From the NCBI RefSeq assembly GCF_009914755.1, contig NC_060925.1: DNA of 64,000 nt. One strand, given 5' to 3'. Positions 13,313 to 26,699 of this stretch are shown here, piece by piece (the stretch's first letter is position 1; each line of letters begins with the position of its first letter). Source of the DNA: the human T2T-CHM13v2.0 reference genome, Homo sapiens. Made by a program: the position numbers and the translations under genes. The notes under the pieces were generated by a model. That model was not told where the DNA came from. It worked only from the letters and a program-made list of their open reading frames with translations, and ran no database searches.

Positions 13313-13989
13313 TCAGTCATGGTCTCTTGCTTCTGGAGTATCCCTGCTTACTGAGTATCTGCCTTCAGGGTGCCGGTCAAATAGCTGGAGTTCAGCCACT
13401 CTCTGATGAAGGGAAATCCACATGGTTTTGATGATGATGGCCTTTTGACATTCAGCTCCCCCATCTCTCTCCTATCTTTCTCCAAACCCTGACAATATTG
13501 GGCACTCTGCTGACTCACTGTCTAAGCAACCCCGAGAGAAGTAATCCCTAGCTTAGTGACAGGGACACAAACTGAGCATCTTTACACTTTTTGAGCACTT
13601 TTCCTGGGTCTCTTTTCCCTGTATTGTAGGAAAAAGCAACACTTTCATGAGGTGAAAGGAGAAGTTAGCACCTCCCTAAAAAATGACACCCCTTCTTTCT
13701 CCCAGTCCTCTTCTACTATGAAATTGGAAAGAAGGTGATAGTGGACCCAGTAAGCCCACCTAGGAGGGTGTTGGGTCCCAAATGTGGCATGTTTCTGCCT
13801 TAAAATGTGGATATGGGACACTTAAAAGTTCTTTGTTCTCATCTTTATGTCTTGGTAGTAATTTTGCGAAAATTAAGAAAAGTCCCACTTAGCACCTAAC
13901 CTTCTGTTGTTATATCAAATTTTGATGTGCCCCCACATGTATTATTTCACTTGAGTGTCAAAATAACTGTAAAATTTTAGGGTGAATTT

Positions 13990-14120
13990 TAGCCCCATTT
14001 TATAGGGGGAGAAACTAAGGTCTAAAAAGTTAAGTGACTTGCACAAAACATTAATAATAGAATGTGGATTTGAAAATAGAAACCAAGTCTCTTGACTGTC
14101 TCTGCCTCCTGCTTTTTCAG
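13990..14120 (-). mobile_element. MIR
   Basis: 'cccattttatagggggagaaactaagg...aagttaagtgacttgc'. Confidence 0.7.
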
Positions 14121-14539
14121 ACATCAGACTAGACTGTGGGCCAAGACCATATATTACCTATTTATTTATCCTTATACACCTGACAAAAATGGCATATATT
14201 CCTCATCTAATAACTAAATGGAAGAGAAAAGAAATCAACTTATTTACAGATTTTCAATTGAATCCCAGAACCTCAGAATCAAAAGGGACATTAAAAACCA
14301 TCTAATCCAATTCTCCATCTGGTAGTTGAACCCTATTCACAAGCCTATTTTTCTTCCCAATATAGCTCTTTAGTCTTTTAAATCCTATAATCATAAATTC
14401 TGTGCATGCTCTTCTCTCAGCCAAGTACCTTCAGTAAATTAATATAATGATTCCACAAGGGACAAGGTCCTGAATCTTTTGTTGTCCAAAATCAGCAACA
14501 GGCCTTGCCAGGCTCTTTCACACTTGTTTGCTAATTCCC

Positions 14540-14730
14540 TTACTTACACTCTCTTATTTAATCCTCACAAAGAACCTATGGGGAAGGTGTTATGATTATT
14601 ATCTCTATTTTCATATGACAAAACTGAGGCTTAGATTAAACAACCCTTCCAGAGTTACATAGCTAGAAAACAATAGTGTCGTATTTTGAACTCATGACCA
14701 TCTGATTCCAGAGCCTGAGGTTTCACACAC
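14540..14730 (-). mobile_element. MIR
   Basis: 'atttaatcctcacaa...aaaactgaggcttag...tctgattccagagcc'. Confidence 0.8.
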
Positions 14731-15479
14731 GACAGCTCTCAGACATGATCCCTAGTTTGTGGTCTGACCAGGACAGTGTACATTGGCCAACCCCCTCATT
14801 CTAGAATACTATACTGAAGTCTGCCTACACCATCTAGGAAAACATTCTTGTCTGTAATGAAAAACAGATTATTGCTTCTCTGTACTGTCCTGAAAATATA
14901 GCTTTGTGGCATTTTCCATTTTCATGTGTTTTCTCTCCCAGGCACTCTCATTTCATGAATCTGTCGGTTTTAAGAAACCAATACACATATCTCTCACGTT
15001 ACAGTCTGACAAGGAGAGTGAAGTGTGCGTACATCAGGGCAATTGGCCTGTCACTGCCGTCAATAAAGGAAAGCTGCTTGCTGAGAAGATAACTCATGTC
15101 ATCCTGACTGAAGCTGAAATGGGAGATTTCTCTGTGCCTTTTATATTCCCCACAATCCTGTGCCCACGAGATAATTCTCCAGAGGATTGCTGATATTGGG
15201 AGATACTCTGAGACGTGTAGACATTCTGACTGCAGTATCATTGACTCACTAAATCATCCAGACTGATTTCCTCACCACATAGAAGAAGACACAGAGGGAG
15301 ATGGTCACCCACCCAATGTCACATAGCAACTTATTGATAAGTATACCTCTTCTCATGTCCAGGCTTGAATGCTTATTATTCAATACTTCCTCAAGTAACA
15401 ATCTGACAATTATGACTGACAAGGTAGAGGATAGGTGAGAAGTCTGATTTATTGAACATTTTATGATAGTCATCGTACA

Positions 15480-15635
15480 TTTAATATTTAATTTTCATTG
15501 AGCATCAACACTACTTTAAAAGCTAATATTATCTTCCTTTTACAGATGAGGAATTTAAGACTCAAGAATTTCTAATTTTTCTGTATGCACATGACAAGGA
15601 AGTGGCAGAACATACATTTAAAAGCAGATCTCTCC
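15480..15635 (-). mobile_element. MIR, followed by a CT-rich tract (~15660-15735)
   Basis: 'tttacagatgaggaatttaagactca...gaagtggcagaac'. Confidence 0.6.
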
Positions 15636-15863
15636 CATTCTTTCTGCCTAACTTTCCCCATCCCTCGTCTCTCTCCCATTCTATCTCTCTTTCTCTCTCC
15701 CCACCCTCTCTCTCTCCCTCTCTCTCTCTCTCTTTCCAGTGTGTCCCTTTCCAAGTAAATAGAACCACCATCTACACAACTACTGAAACTGGCAGTCTTC
15801 CCTTTCTTTCAAACCTCTCATTTAATTAAGTTCCAAGTTCAAGTTCTTTACATTCTAGCTCTT

Positions 15864-16278
<415 letters not shown>

Positions 16279-16416
16279 CTACTTTACCTTCTTTTCTTCA
16301 CTCTCCTCACTGGTACTAGAGTGACCATTTTACCTAACAGTATCACTTATTTACCTAGAACTCATGGGTGGCTTCCCATTGCATTTGGGATGAAGCCCGA
16401 AATCAGCATTCATGAA

Positions 16417-16786
16417 TATCTTTTATTTTCTTTTACTATAACTAAATATCACAGACTGCATAATTTATAAAGAATAGAGGTTTATTTAGCCCATGTTTCT
16501 GGAGGCTGGGAAGTCCAGGAGCATGGCACTGGCATGTGGTGAGGGCCTTTTGCTGTGTTATAACATGGTGGAAAGCATTTGCATGGTGAGAGGACAAAAG
16601 TATGTCAGCTCAGGTCTCTCTTTCTCTTCTTAAAAGGCTGCCAGTCTCATCATAAGGTCCCCAACCTGATGATGATGTCTAATCCTAATTACTTCCCAAA
16701 GACCCTACCTCAAAATGTCATCAACATACAAATTTGAGGATTAGGTTTCCAACATACAAAATTTGGGGGACATATTTAAACCATAG
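16417..16786 (-). mobile_element. MSTC-like MaLR solo LTR; its terminal CA is displaced to 17883-17884 by MER11
   Basis: 'tctggaggctgggaagtccaggagcatggc...gctcaggtctctctttctcttcttaaaagg...gggggacatatttaaaccatag'. Confidence 0.8.
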
Positions 16787-17876
16787 TATCAGGTGAAATT
16801 CACCCCCAATATTTCCCATAGGTTCTTTTCTATTTTCCCTAAGTGTTGGCCGGTCTGAGAAATAAAGGGACAGAGTACAAAAGAGAGAAATTTTAAAGCT
16901 AGGTGTCCGGGGGGAAGACATCACATGTCGGCAGGTTCTGTGATGCCCCCCAAGCTGCAAAACCAGCAAGTTTTTATTAGTGATTTTCAAAAGGGGAGGG
17001 AGTGTATGAATAGGGTGTGGGTCACAGAGATCACAAGCTTCACAAGGTAATAAGATATCACAAGGCAAATTGAGGCAGGCGAGATCACAGGACCACAGGA
17101 CCGGGGTGAAATTAAAATTGCTAATGAAGTTTCGGGCACGCATTGTTACTGATAACATCTTATCAGGAGAGAGGGTTTGAGAGCAGAAAACCAGTCTGAC
17201 CAAAATTTATTAGGCGGGAATTTCCTTGTCCTAAGAAGCCTGGGAGCACTACGGGAGACTGGGGCTTATTTCATCCCTCCGCTACAACTGTAAAAGACAG
17301 CCATCCCCACAGTGGCCATTTCAGAGTCCTCCCCTCAGGGATGCATTCTCTTTCTCAGGGATATTCCTTGCTGAGAAAAAGAATTCAGCGATATTTCTCC
17401 TATTTGCTTTTGAAAGAAGAGAAATATGGCTCTGTTCCGCCCAGCTCACCAGCAGTCAGAGTTTAAAGTTATCTCTCTTGTTCCCTGAACATTGCTGTTA
17501 TCCTGTTCTTTATTCAAGGTGCCCAGATTTCATATTGTTCAAACACACATGCTCTACAAACAATTTGTGCAGTTAACACAATCATCACAAGGTCCTGAGG
17601 CGACATACATCCTCCTCAGCTTACAAAGATGGTGGGATTAAGAGATTAAAGTAAAGACACGCATAGGAAATCACAAGGGTATTGACTGGGGAAGTGATAA
17701 GTGTCCATGAAATCTTCACAACTTATGTTCAGAGATTGCAGTCAAGACAGGCGTAAGAAATTATAAAAGTATTAATTTGGGGAACTAATAAATGTCCATG
17801 AAATCTTCACAATTTATGTTCTTCTGCCATGGCTTCAGCCAGTCCCTCTGTTCAGGGTCCCTGACTTCCTGCAACA
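16787..17876 (-). mobile_element. MER11 (HERV-K11/HML-8 LTR) solo LTR
   Basis: Reverse complement starts tgttgcaggaagtcagggaccctgaac...gccatggcagaagaacataaattgtgaagatttcatgg; ~1090 bp; TSD ccatag/gcatag (5 of 6). Confidence 0.92.
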
Positions 17877-19394
17877 GCATAGCAATAAGACCTTCTGAGA
17901 ACTGGTATCTGTCCTTCCCTTTCAGGCTCCACTTTCTCCTTTGTTCTCTAGGCTTTCCCCCAGCCTTTCCTGTGCTTAGAGACATCTTTGTCTGACTAAT
18001 ACTCAGACTTCAGGTCTCAGCCTGAACTTCACTTGTGGAAACTCTTCACAAGTGGAAACACTTCAGGAACTTCCTAAATCAGTTGAGCTCTCCCTTTTAT
18101 ACAGTTCCCTGACACACTTTACTTAATTTTTGTCTCACTCAACAACCTTGTAACATATCTTCCATAGCCATCTTTCCTGGTAGACTATATGTTCCATGAG
18201 GAGTGGGGTTTGACTGTCACATGTACTCTGGTATCCCCAGCACCAAGTCCAATGCCTGGCATATGTTGGGCATGCAGTTAATACATGGTGAATGAATGAA
18301 TGAATGAATTAAAGGATGAGCTTTCTGAGAAGATGAGAACTATGTAGAAGCCTAGAACTTCTGCTACAAACAGCCTTTAATCTACCTCCTTATAGGCTGC
18401 TACACTTGGGAAACATAGAATCTGGGTATTAAGTGTGGTTTGTTTTGTGCTATTTAATACTTCTTTGTCTTCCCAAAATGAATAGTAGCTTTGTAAACAA
18501 TAGATGATGGAGAGTGTGTTTTTGAATTCATTAACATTGCTAAACATGATGAATCTTATCATTGCATACAACATGTTGGCCACATTTTTTTCCTTTTTGT
18601 TGCCAAATATTAAAATGTGTGCTGGTTTAACTTCCCCCTAACGGTCCTCTTTCAGTGATAAATAACCATCAGGCCAGCATATGTGTCTGAGTGTTGGCAG
18701 CAATATTTATGTATAAACACAATATGCCTAGATGTAGCAACTTAGAACAGCACAGTGCTTGAAGGGACTCTGGGAATCATTAAACACAACCCTCTTACTT
18801 CACAGATGTGAACACTAGACTTCCAGGTCAAGAGGGTAGACTAAGAACATGCTAGAATTACTCCCTCCACAGTTCAAACTCATAGAAATCCTGGATGAAA
18901 CATTTTTTAAAAATACATAACCCAACTACAAAGCAAGGAAGGGAAGTTTCCAATGCCAGAAATTTAGAAAGAACCACTGTGGTAAATGGAAGCTGAAGAC
19001 GAACTATTCCTGAGGGGATTAGGCCCAGTGAAAGCTTTAGGAACTAAAGTTTCAATGCTGATTTTGGGGACGAATTGGGTCCCAAGATTCAGCTCACTAT
19101 AGGGAGCTGAAGTTAGGACTGCTGCATAGACTTAGAAATTGAAATAGGCTTTCCATCCTCAAAAGAGGATCTGAAAATCTCTAACAATTAGCACCAGGCC
19201 ATAGCCAAAAGTAAGCCTATCCATCTTGGCTAAGGATGGAAATATAGCATGAAATTGAAAGTTTAAAATTATGCCTTAGCAGACACAATTGACTTGGCTT
19301 ATCAGTGTGCCAAATCGAAAGTTTATAAACTAAAATAGAAATCAATTTAGAGAGAATGTACTCTACAGTGTCTGGTCAAAGGCAACCATTAAAG

Positions 19395-20035
19395 CACCTT
19401 GTAGGCTTGGGACAGGAAACCAGATGCTACTTTAGGAAATGTAGGATTCTCCATAGCCTTTGGAAGAACTTGGAGATCAACATTAGGAAGACAATTACTG
19501 GCTTTCAGGAGATCTGGAGTGCAGAAATGGCATGTACATTGCTACCAGTGAGTCCTGTTGCCCGAAGGGCTGAAGTGAGTCACACTCTAAAGCAGGGGAC
19601 AGCAAGCTATGGCCGGTGGGCCCACAGTCTGCTATTGTATTGCTGGCTACTCATGAATTGAAAAAAAAAAAAGCTCTTTATAAAGGGAAATAGAAAAGAA
19701 AAAGGATAATATGTAATAGAGACATTACATAGCCTGCAAGGCTAGGCTATTTATTATCTAGTTCTTTACAGAAAATGTTTGCTTGACCCTTGCTCAGGAG
19801 GATCTTTAGAAGGCACTGGGACAACCATCCCTTTTCTGCAGATGCTCTTGCATCTTCCTGCAGCAATATGGCTGAAGAGTTATGACTTCTTTCTTTCTTC
19901 TACTTTCCAAATCCTATGTGAGTCCTTCTCATTGTCAAAATCCCCCTAAAGGATTCTGGGAAATGTAACTTTTACACTTCACTCTTAGATGCAGTAGAGA
20001 ATGTAGAAAGGGCAGGGATGATACTGAGGTGACAA
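19395..20035 (-). mobile_element. Old MaLR-type (MLT1) LTR remnant, split by MER58
   Basis: 'ctttccaaatcctatgtgagtccttctcattg...aaggattctgggaaatgtaac' resembles old MLT1 subfamilies. Confidence 0.4.
19593..19792 (+). mobile_element. MER58-family hAT MITE
   Basis: TIRs caggggacagcaagct ... tgtttgcttgacccttg; 'atttattatctagttctttacagaaaa'. Confidence 0.75.
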
Positions 20036-21059
20036 TCCAGATAAAAAGTCCAGGACCCAGTGTGAACATGGAAGAAAAATCCTATAGGTGATAATTTATG
20101 CAGAAGGAGAGCTCATAGAGCAAAATTCCAAAACGTAAATAGAAGTCAATGCATATCAAAGGGATCACAAATTCTCCAAAATGGGAAAAATTATATATGT
20201 AGAAGTAGAGTTAATATAGTGATCAGAAAAGGAATATGATGCAGAAGTGCTTAAAATATTCAAATGATTAAAGAATGGCAACAATAAAAAAAAAGAGAGT
20301 TTGCTTTTAAGTACATATTTTTTTAAAAACCAAGTAACCACCAAGATACCACTTTACACCCACTTTACTGTCTATTGAGCTTTGCTGGAAAAAAAAAGTG
20401 AATGTATTAGGAGTAAATGTAAGAAGTAAGTGTGAGAAAAATAAAAATTGGCAAACTGATTGGTAAATCTAAATAATTATTGAATATAAATAATATAAAG
20501 ACAACAAAAATAATAATATTTATGTGAGTGTATTAAATAAGCTGGAACTATAAAATTAGACAATAACAGCATGACGGTTGGGGTAGAATGTTAGAAGAGA
20601 GATATTAAAACATGCTCAGGTCCACATCTCTTTTGAGAACAGGATGTAGATGCTGATTAATTTTAATATGCTAAACTCTTAAGGATAACTATTAAAAGAA
20701 TAGGTTTGTAGAATTTCAAAATATAGTATCAAAAATATGAGGATCAAGGCCAACTTATCATTCCAATAGAAGGCAAGAAAGGAGAAATTTCAAAGGACCC
20801 AGGGGCTCAAAGAGGAGTCCTAGTGAAGTGAAAGTCATGCAGCCAGTTCATGAGTGATCCAGGACTAATCCCAGTGGACATGACTCCCAGTTTATTGCTG
20901 TGATATTTATACAAAGTCGTCTCTCTCCATATATCTCTGTTGATTTTTACAGAGAAACCATGTGAATTCCATTGCCAAAGTTTTGTGCTCCCATAAAAAA
21001 AGGAGATGCAATTTAATGGTATAGGAAGAGAAAAAAAAATGTTCTTTGTATTTAAATAT

Positions 21060-21270
21060 ACATGGCTTAAAATTCTGGCTATGCCATCTACTAGCTGTGC
21101 CATTGAATAAAGTATTTAATTGCTTAACTTCAACTTAGTCATTTGTTGAATTAAGTAGTAATAGCTATCTTACAATGATGATGTAAACATCAAATCATTC
21201 AATACATATTAAATATACATAAAGCACCTGGTTTAATTCCTAATGCTTAGTACAAATTCAGTAAATGTAC
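21060..21270 (+). mobile_element. MIR
   Basis: 'aattctggctatgccatctactagctgtg...taaagcacctgg...cagtaaatgt'. Confidence 0.7.
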
Positions 21271-21555
21271 ATGGAGTTAATGGGAGAGGAATTTTCAAAA
21301 TAGGAAGAAGTATATCCATGATAGAGAGGCAATGTTGAACATCAGCTCCAAACAATGAGGCAGACCTATTAACAATAAATAAATGATGATGAGGTGAGAA
21401 GTGAAGACCAGGAACAGGCTGGGAAGTACAAAATTAATAGTAGAAAACGAATTAAGGCAAGGCCTCAGAATTGGATCTGAGTGCGATCCGAGAGCTCCAG
21501 GGGCTCACCTATACAGTACCAGTTATAAAGCATGGAGACAGGCCTGATGGCTTAG

Positions 21556-21757
21556 CAGAGATTGGCCCACAGGCCATTGCCTGTTTTTCTAAATATAATT
21601 TTCATGGAACCCAGACACACTCATTTGTTTACATATTGTCTGTGGCTACTCTTGCACTACAATGGCAGGGTTTAGTCATTGCAGCAGAAATCATGTTTTC
21701 AGCAAAGCCTAAAATATTTACTATTTGTCCCTTTTAGAAAAAGTTGGCTCACCCCTG
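21556..21757 (+). mobile_element. MER58A
   Basis: 'cacactcatttgtttacatattgtctgtggct...aaagcctaaaatatttactatt...aagttggctcacccctg'. Confidence 0.8.
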
Positions 21758-22584
21758 GCTTAAAGGAATATGCATTTCCAGACAATCCCTACCATCCTGT
21801 GAATGGTGAAGCCAACCCTATGACTTTAAACCAGACCAGCCTATCATGTTAAGTTGAGTCAGTTAAAATGAGCCCCAAATACTTCCAGCCTACTTATCAC
21901 AAGTGCCTTCTACTCCCTTGCTTTGGTCCCATCTAGTGACGACTGACCTTTATACCCCTAGCTTTATCTCAAATTTCTGATCTGTGCTTACCTCTTGAAA
22001 CTGATAGTTGAACCTAATTCCCTAGTTTAATCTTTGAAATACCTTCAAAATCCAAGCTGTGTTCCCTGCCTCTCCTGCTCTGTCTGCTTTGTGTCAATGT
22101 TCTGTTTCACCCAAATCTAGTGCTCCAAGAGGCAGGAAGAGATGAGAATCCCTCTGAGAGCAAGAATCATGCCTTACTGCTGCTTTTTTCATGGTTTCTG
22201 ACACATAATAGAACCCATTAAAAAGTGTGTTGAGTAAATAAACATTCTATGAAGAGAGGAAAATCCAGACATTCATGGAAAACAAGCTGGCCAAAGGAAA
22301 GTGGGTAAGAAGGAAGGAATGTATATACCCTGGTTTCATAAGAGGGAGGTGGTGTTAGGAAACTGGTAGAAGGTGAAATAGGAGTGGTAGGAAGGAGCCA
22401 GATCAAAGAGGGCTATGTGCACATGGTAAGATGTTTGGCTTTGATTTTGAAGGCAACGGAATGATTTGCAGTTAGGGATAGGACAGACCTCTTAACTGTA
22501 TCATACTGTTTCAATATCTCATGATTTAAAGGTGAGGAATAGAAGGTGGCAGGGACAGAGAAAAGGAAATGGAGAAGTTTGAGG

Positions 22585-23009
22585 GTCATCCACTTCCCAC
22601 CCTGCTGGGCTTTGCAGTGCAGGAACTGAGCCCTATAAACTCTATTTCCCAGGCCCCTTTGCCCACTGGCCTCTGGTTCAATTTGGCAATGGGAGCCACT
22701 GGCAAGAGGTTGGAGGATGGAAGGAGGGAAGATGCCAGGGTATTTCTTCCCTTCTTTAGTCCATAAAGTGTCTTAAATGGTGTCTGTCACTCTATTGCCA
22801 TAGTGCTCTTCTTTCCTGGGTTCTGCTAACATCATTTCCCTTGGTCCCCACAGCCCTAGGCATGAAAGTTTCTAATCACTAGGTCTCCTCACTGTCCCTG
22901 TTTCCCCTTTCAGCTCTTCCATCAAGTTTGTCACCATTTCAATGCTAAGTTCTCTCCATTAAACTTCCTAGGTAAGTTCTGTGTTTCTGAATGGAATCAG
23001 ATTGAAGCA
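22585..23009 (+). mobile_element. LTR33-like ERVL LTR
   Basis: 'atttcccaggcccctttgcccactggcctctggttcaatttggcaatgggagccactggcaagaggttggagg'. Confidence 0.7.
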
Positions 23010-23639
23010 TTGAGGAAAGAAGACAATTTATTTATCTACATTTTTTAAAACCTCGGCATCCCTAGTACTTAGCATTGGCCTGACACGGAGTAAACACTCA
23101 GTAAATACTCATTTAATTAAACTTTGAAGAAAATTAAGCTCTTTCCTTTTCTATTCCAACTCCTAATAACAATGAATCCACACAGCAAGGATGAAACTGA
23201 TAACAAAGATAAGAAAGTAATAAGAAAATGTTTTTATGATCCCTGAAAGTGGAAGCATCACAGTCAGACAGGCTCATGTCTCAGGGTCTGCCACGTAAGC
23301 TGTGGCCATGAGAAACAACCTTCCCATAAGACTTGGTCTAGACAAGGTGGCTAGGATACAGAAGCCACTTTAATTTTCTGAGGAAGATCAAATTTAGATA
23401 AATTGCTAGAGCTATAAAAGCCTTGCGGTTCAAGTCAGAAGATGTGACAGCAATTAACAGCTGCATGAGGCTCGGCAGGAGGTCAGGAAGATCTAAGACC
23501 AGCAGATACGGGCTCATGCTCTCCAGTGTGGTATCCAGTTCCTAACCTCCAACGAATCCCTGGAATATATATAGAGATATATTCAGACTTTCTAGGGCCC
23601 CATGTTTTGATCAGACTTTCCCCAAGAAGCAGCAGGATT

Positions 23640-24250
23640 ATACACTGCAGTAAGGACAGACCTTGAAATCTGAAAACAGAATGCTGATTTTCACTTTGCT
23701 ACTTAATGACCTTATGAGCTAAATATTAAACTCTAAATGTAAGCTGCATTTTAAAAGTCTATAATATAGAGATAAAAGTGTCTACATCACAAGGGAATTG
23801 ACCTCTAAATGAAATGATCTAATATATTGATAAAAAATAGAGTAATATGGTTAAAGGGGCATGCTACGAAGCCAGTTTTCAATTGGAGCCTCTGTTATGA
23901 CCCTTATTCATCTCTCTAAACAATAGTTTCTTCACCCCAAAAATGAGGATAATAACTATTCGATAGTGTTGGTGTAAAGACTAAGGTAAATTGTTGTAAA
24001 GTTTTCAGCAAGGCACCTGGTACCTTGTAAGCTCTCAACACCATCAAAATCAATTTGCCGTTTTGTACATTTGATACATGCTTATGGGCATTCTTTAATC
24101 CTCACAACACCCCTAAAGTGAGAATAGCTATTCATTCTAGTTAAAAGATTTTTATACTGAAGTTCAACTTGCCTAGGATAACCTAGGTCATCCTTGCCTA
24201 GGATTACATAGTTATTACACACCCAGAAATGATTCTGACTACAAAACCCT
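23640..24250. mobile_element. Cluster of three MIR fragments (+, +, -)
   Basis: Cores at ~23640-23830, ~23840-24040 ('aaatgaggataataac') and ~24080-24250 ('tttaatcctcacaacacccc'). Confidence 0.6.
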
Positions 24251-24649
24251 TACTCAAAAATAATATTACCTATGAATTATTAGTTATTAATATAGCGATT
24301 GTTGTTACTATTATTGAAATATACATAAGGTGCCTGGTACAGATTAGTTCTTTTTATCTACTAGTTTTCTACTTTTTATGCATAAAGAAACACTGACTGC
24401 CCTCTATGATGTACCCCACGGTGGGTGAGGTTCAAGAGTCATTTTCTTAAGTAAACAGTATATAGGCTTGTTTTTCATGCTGGTAGACAAAGTGGGATTT
24501 TATTTTATCCCAGAGATAAGAAATACCTTTTTTTTCATTTGTAGTGCAACATCTGATTCAAAGATGGTGTATATTTTGGAGAGATTTTGACTAAAAGTAA
24601 GGTAATGTCATGTGTATTTTTTATAGCAAGCCAAGGAAATGGTTTAGAA

Positions 24650-24800
24650 GGAGCAGTGAACTTGGAGTTCAGGAACCAGGAGCTTAGATTTAGCCCTACA
24701 ACCTGTACACACCCCGATACTTTTCTGGGCCTCAGTTTGCTCATCCAGAAACACACTATTGAGTGATGTGTCTTCTGACATTCATTCCTATCCTAAAATA
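24650..24800 (+). mobile_element. MIR/MIR3
   Basis: 'gaacttggagttcagg...ctgggcctcagtttgctcatc'. Confidence 0.6.
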
Positions 24801-25384
24801 TGAACGCTATTTTGCCCACAATGTTAATATCTTTTATGATGATGATGGTAATAGAAGAAATTTACTTAACTGGGCACCTAAAAGGCCTTCATTTGATAGC
24901 ACTAATGTAGGCTCATATCCTCAAGTACTTGGCTTGCAGCAAAGTGTTAGTCTAAAATTACAGCTCCCTCAAATCACATTATTTCTATGTATTAAGCTGA
25001 ACTCTAACACTTAAAGTTTGAAGTTTTTATGATTTTGGCCACAGTAGACATCCTGTTTTCCAGGGAGAAAGGGCTTTAAAATGCACTTCTCTGCAAATCT
25101 ACTCTCAAAATCATATTTTGATGAGTTAAGGCCAAATGAATAAAAACATACGGATTTTATTTTCCTTGAAAGTCACATGGGCTAAAGGTAAGGAAAGAAA
25201 AAAAAAAGATGAGGAGGAGAAAGAAAGAGAGAGAAACTACACAATGGAGGAGAGGGATTCCATTGAACTAAAAGACCTGGCATCATTTTCTGGAACAACT
25301 TCCAAATAAGGGTTTTTGTACCAAATTCACTATCACTCTAATAGCTGAAGCTACTCTTGTATCTCCAAAGATTAGACTCCAAAT

Positions 25385-25592
25385 GCAGCATGATGAGAGG
25401 AAAGAACAATGGTGTTGGAATCAGACCACAGTTTGAACCATTTGCTGGTAGTGTTACTCTAAGCAAGTCAGTTATCCCAGGAGCTCCATTTCTGCAAATG
25501 AGAATAATGATACCTGTAACATATGGCTATTATGAATCTTATTAACAACATATATAAAGGTTCTAATAATGTACTTGGAACATAGTAGGACC
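25385..25592 (+). mobile_element. MIR
   Basis: 'gcagcatgatg...tggaatcagacc...tctgcaaatgagaataatgatacct...ggaacatagtagg'. Confidence 0.7.
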
Positions 25593-26536
25593 AAGTAATC
25601 TAGTCTGACTTCTATAATATATCATTTGGCACCTAATCTACCTATCAGTGGAAAGATGGACTTCTGGTGGAACCATCTAAATTTAGCATCTGTAAATGTA
25701 CTTTATCAGCTCTGCCTTCCTTCCTCTTTTCATTTCTAAGTTCTGTGAAAAGTCAACAATCTGTAAAAATGGTTGTACGTGTGTTTTAGAACTACTGTGA
25801 CTGCAAAACAATATATATACACAAATATGTTACCTCTGCTGATAGGGAAAACAAGGAAAGAGGAAAATCTTCATTTTCTCCTCAGTTTGTGGTTAGGGCA
25901 AGTTCCACGCTTGGTTTTTTTGAGGTGTTCTTGGCCACCTCACCCTTAGGCTTGCCCCTATCTCCATTTAGTTCCCACAGAACTATCTTTCTAGCTGTTT
26001 CCAAGGTTATCTTCTATTATCACTTCTCTCAAAGGCCTTTGGGGTTGGTTGGAAAAGGAATTAATTAAAGCCACATCCCCTCCTTCTCTCCTCTCAGGCC
26101 TTGGGCCTAGATCTGTCCTTTTCATGTTAATACTTAATCCTTGTACCTTCTCCTCACCCCTACTACCTTGAGAATGGGAGGAAAGAAAGAGAAACCTCAT
26201 AGTGTTGTTGCTGCTGCTATTGGTTCTGACAGGTTAAGTAGGCTGAAGTTTAAAACTCATTCTTTAAAATATTCTAAACCTTAGACCAAATTGCCTTTCA
26301 AAGTCTGATCTTGTTAGAATGTTAGAATTCTATGTCCTAAATATTCACATATACTCTATGACTTGCTTTTCTTGTCTTTAAGATAAGTTTAATAAATCAT
26401 GTTTGCCTAAGTGCTAGGTGTCACACATCTGACACCATTTCTTAGGGAGTTGCTGTATAGAGACTCTGGATCTCTGACTTTTATGGAAGTGCTAAGGATC
26501 AAGTGAAAACAACAAATGAGCTATAATGAGAAAACA

Positions 26537-26540
<4 letters not shown>

Positions 26541-26598
<58 letters not shown>

Positions 26599-26614
26599 TA
26601 CATATATATATACA
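26541..26614. repeat. (TA)24 followed by (CA)5 and short TA runs
   Basis: Read directly from the sequence. Confidence 0.97.
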
Positions 26615-26699
26615 AACCCCTATGCATTTTTCACCCTAGCCAAGAGAGAAGTTATTATAATAGAAGTTATAATAGAAATAATGATGATGATAAAGACAA

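Larger units (their letters stand above)
18820..20790 (+). mobile_element. HAL1/L1M-type element, internally interrupted, apparently inserted into a MIR (MIR halves ~18750-18820 and ~20795-20890)
   Basis: 5' 'gacttccaggtcaagagggtagactaagaac' resembles an L1/HAL1 start; 3' part 'aaataagctggaactataaaattagac...aaggataactattaaaagaatag'. Confidence 0.5.

Noticed and set aside
17704-17821. Direct repeat gtccatgaaatcttcacaa.ttatgttc
   Set aside because: Inside MER11 and, as I recall, part of its consensus; not locus-specific and not CRISPR-like
23413-23420. Canonical TATAAAAG box
   Set aside because: Isolated 8-mer in AT-rich DNA, with no CpG island or well-placed initiator
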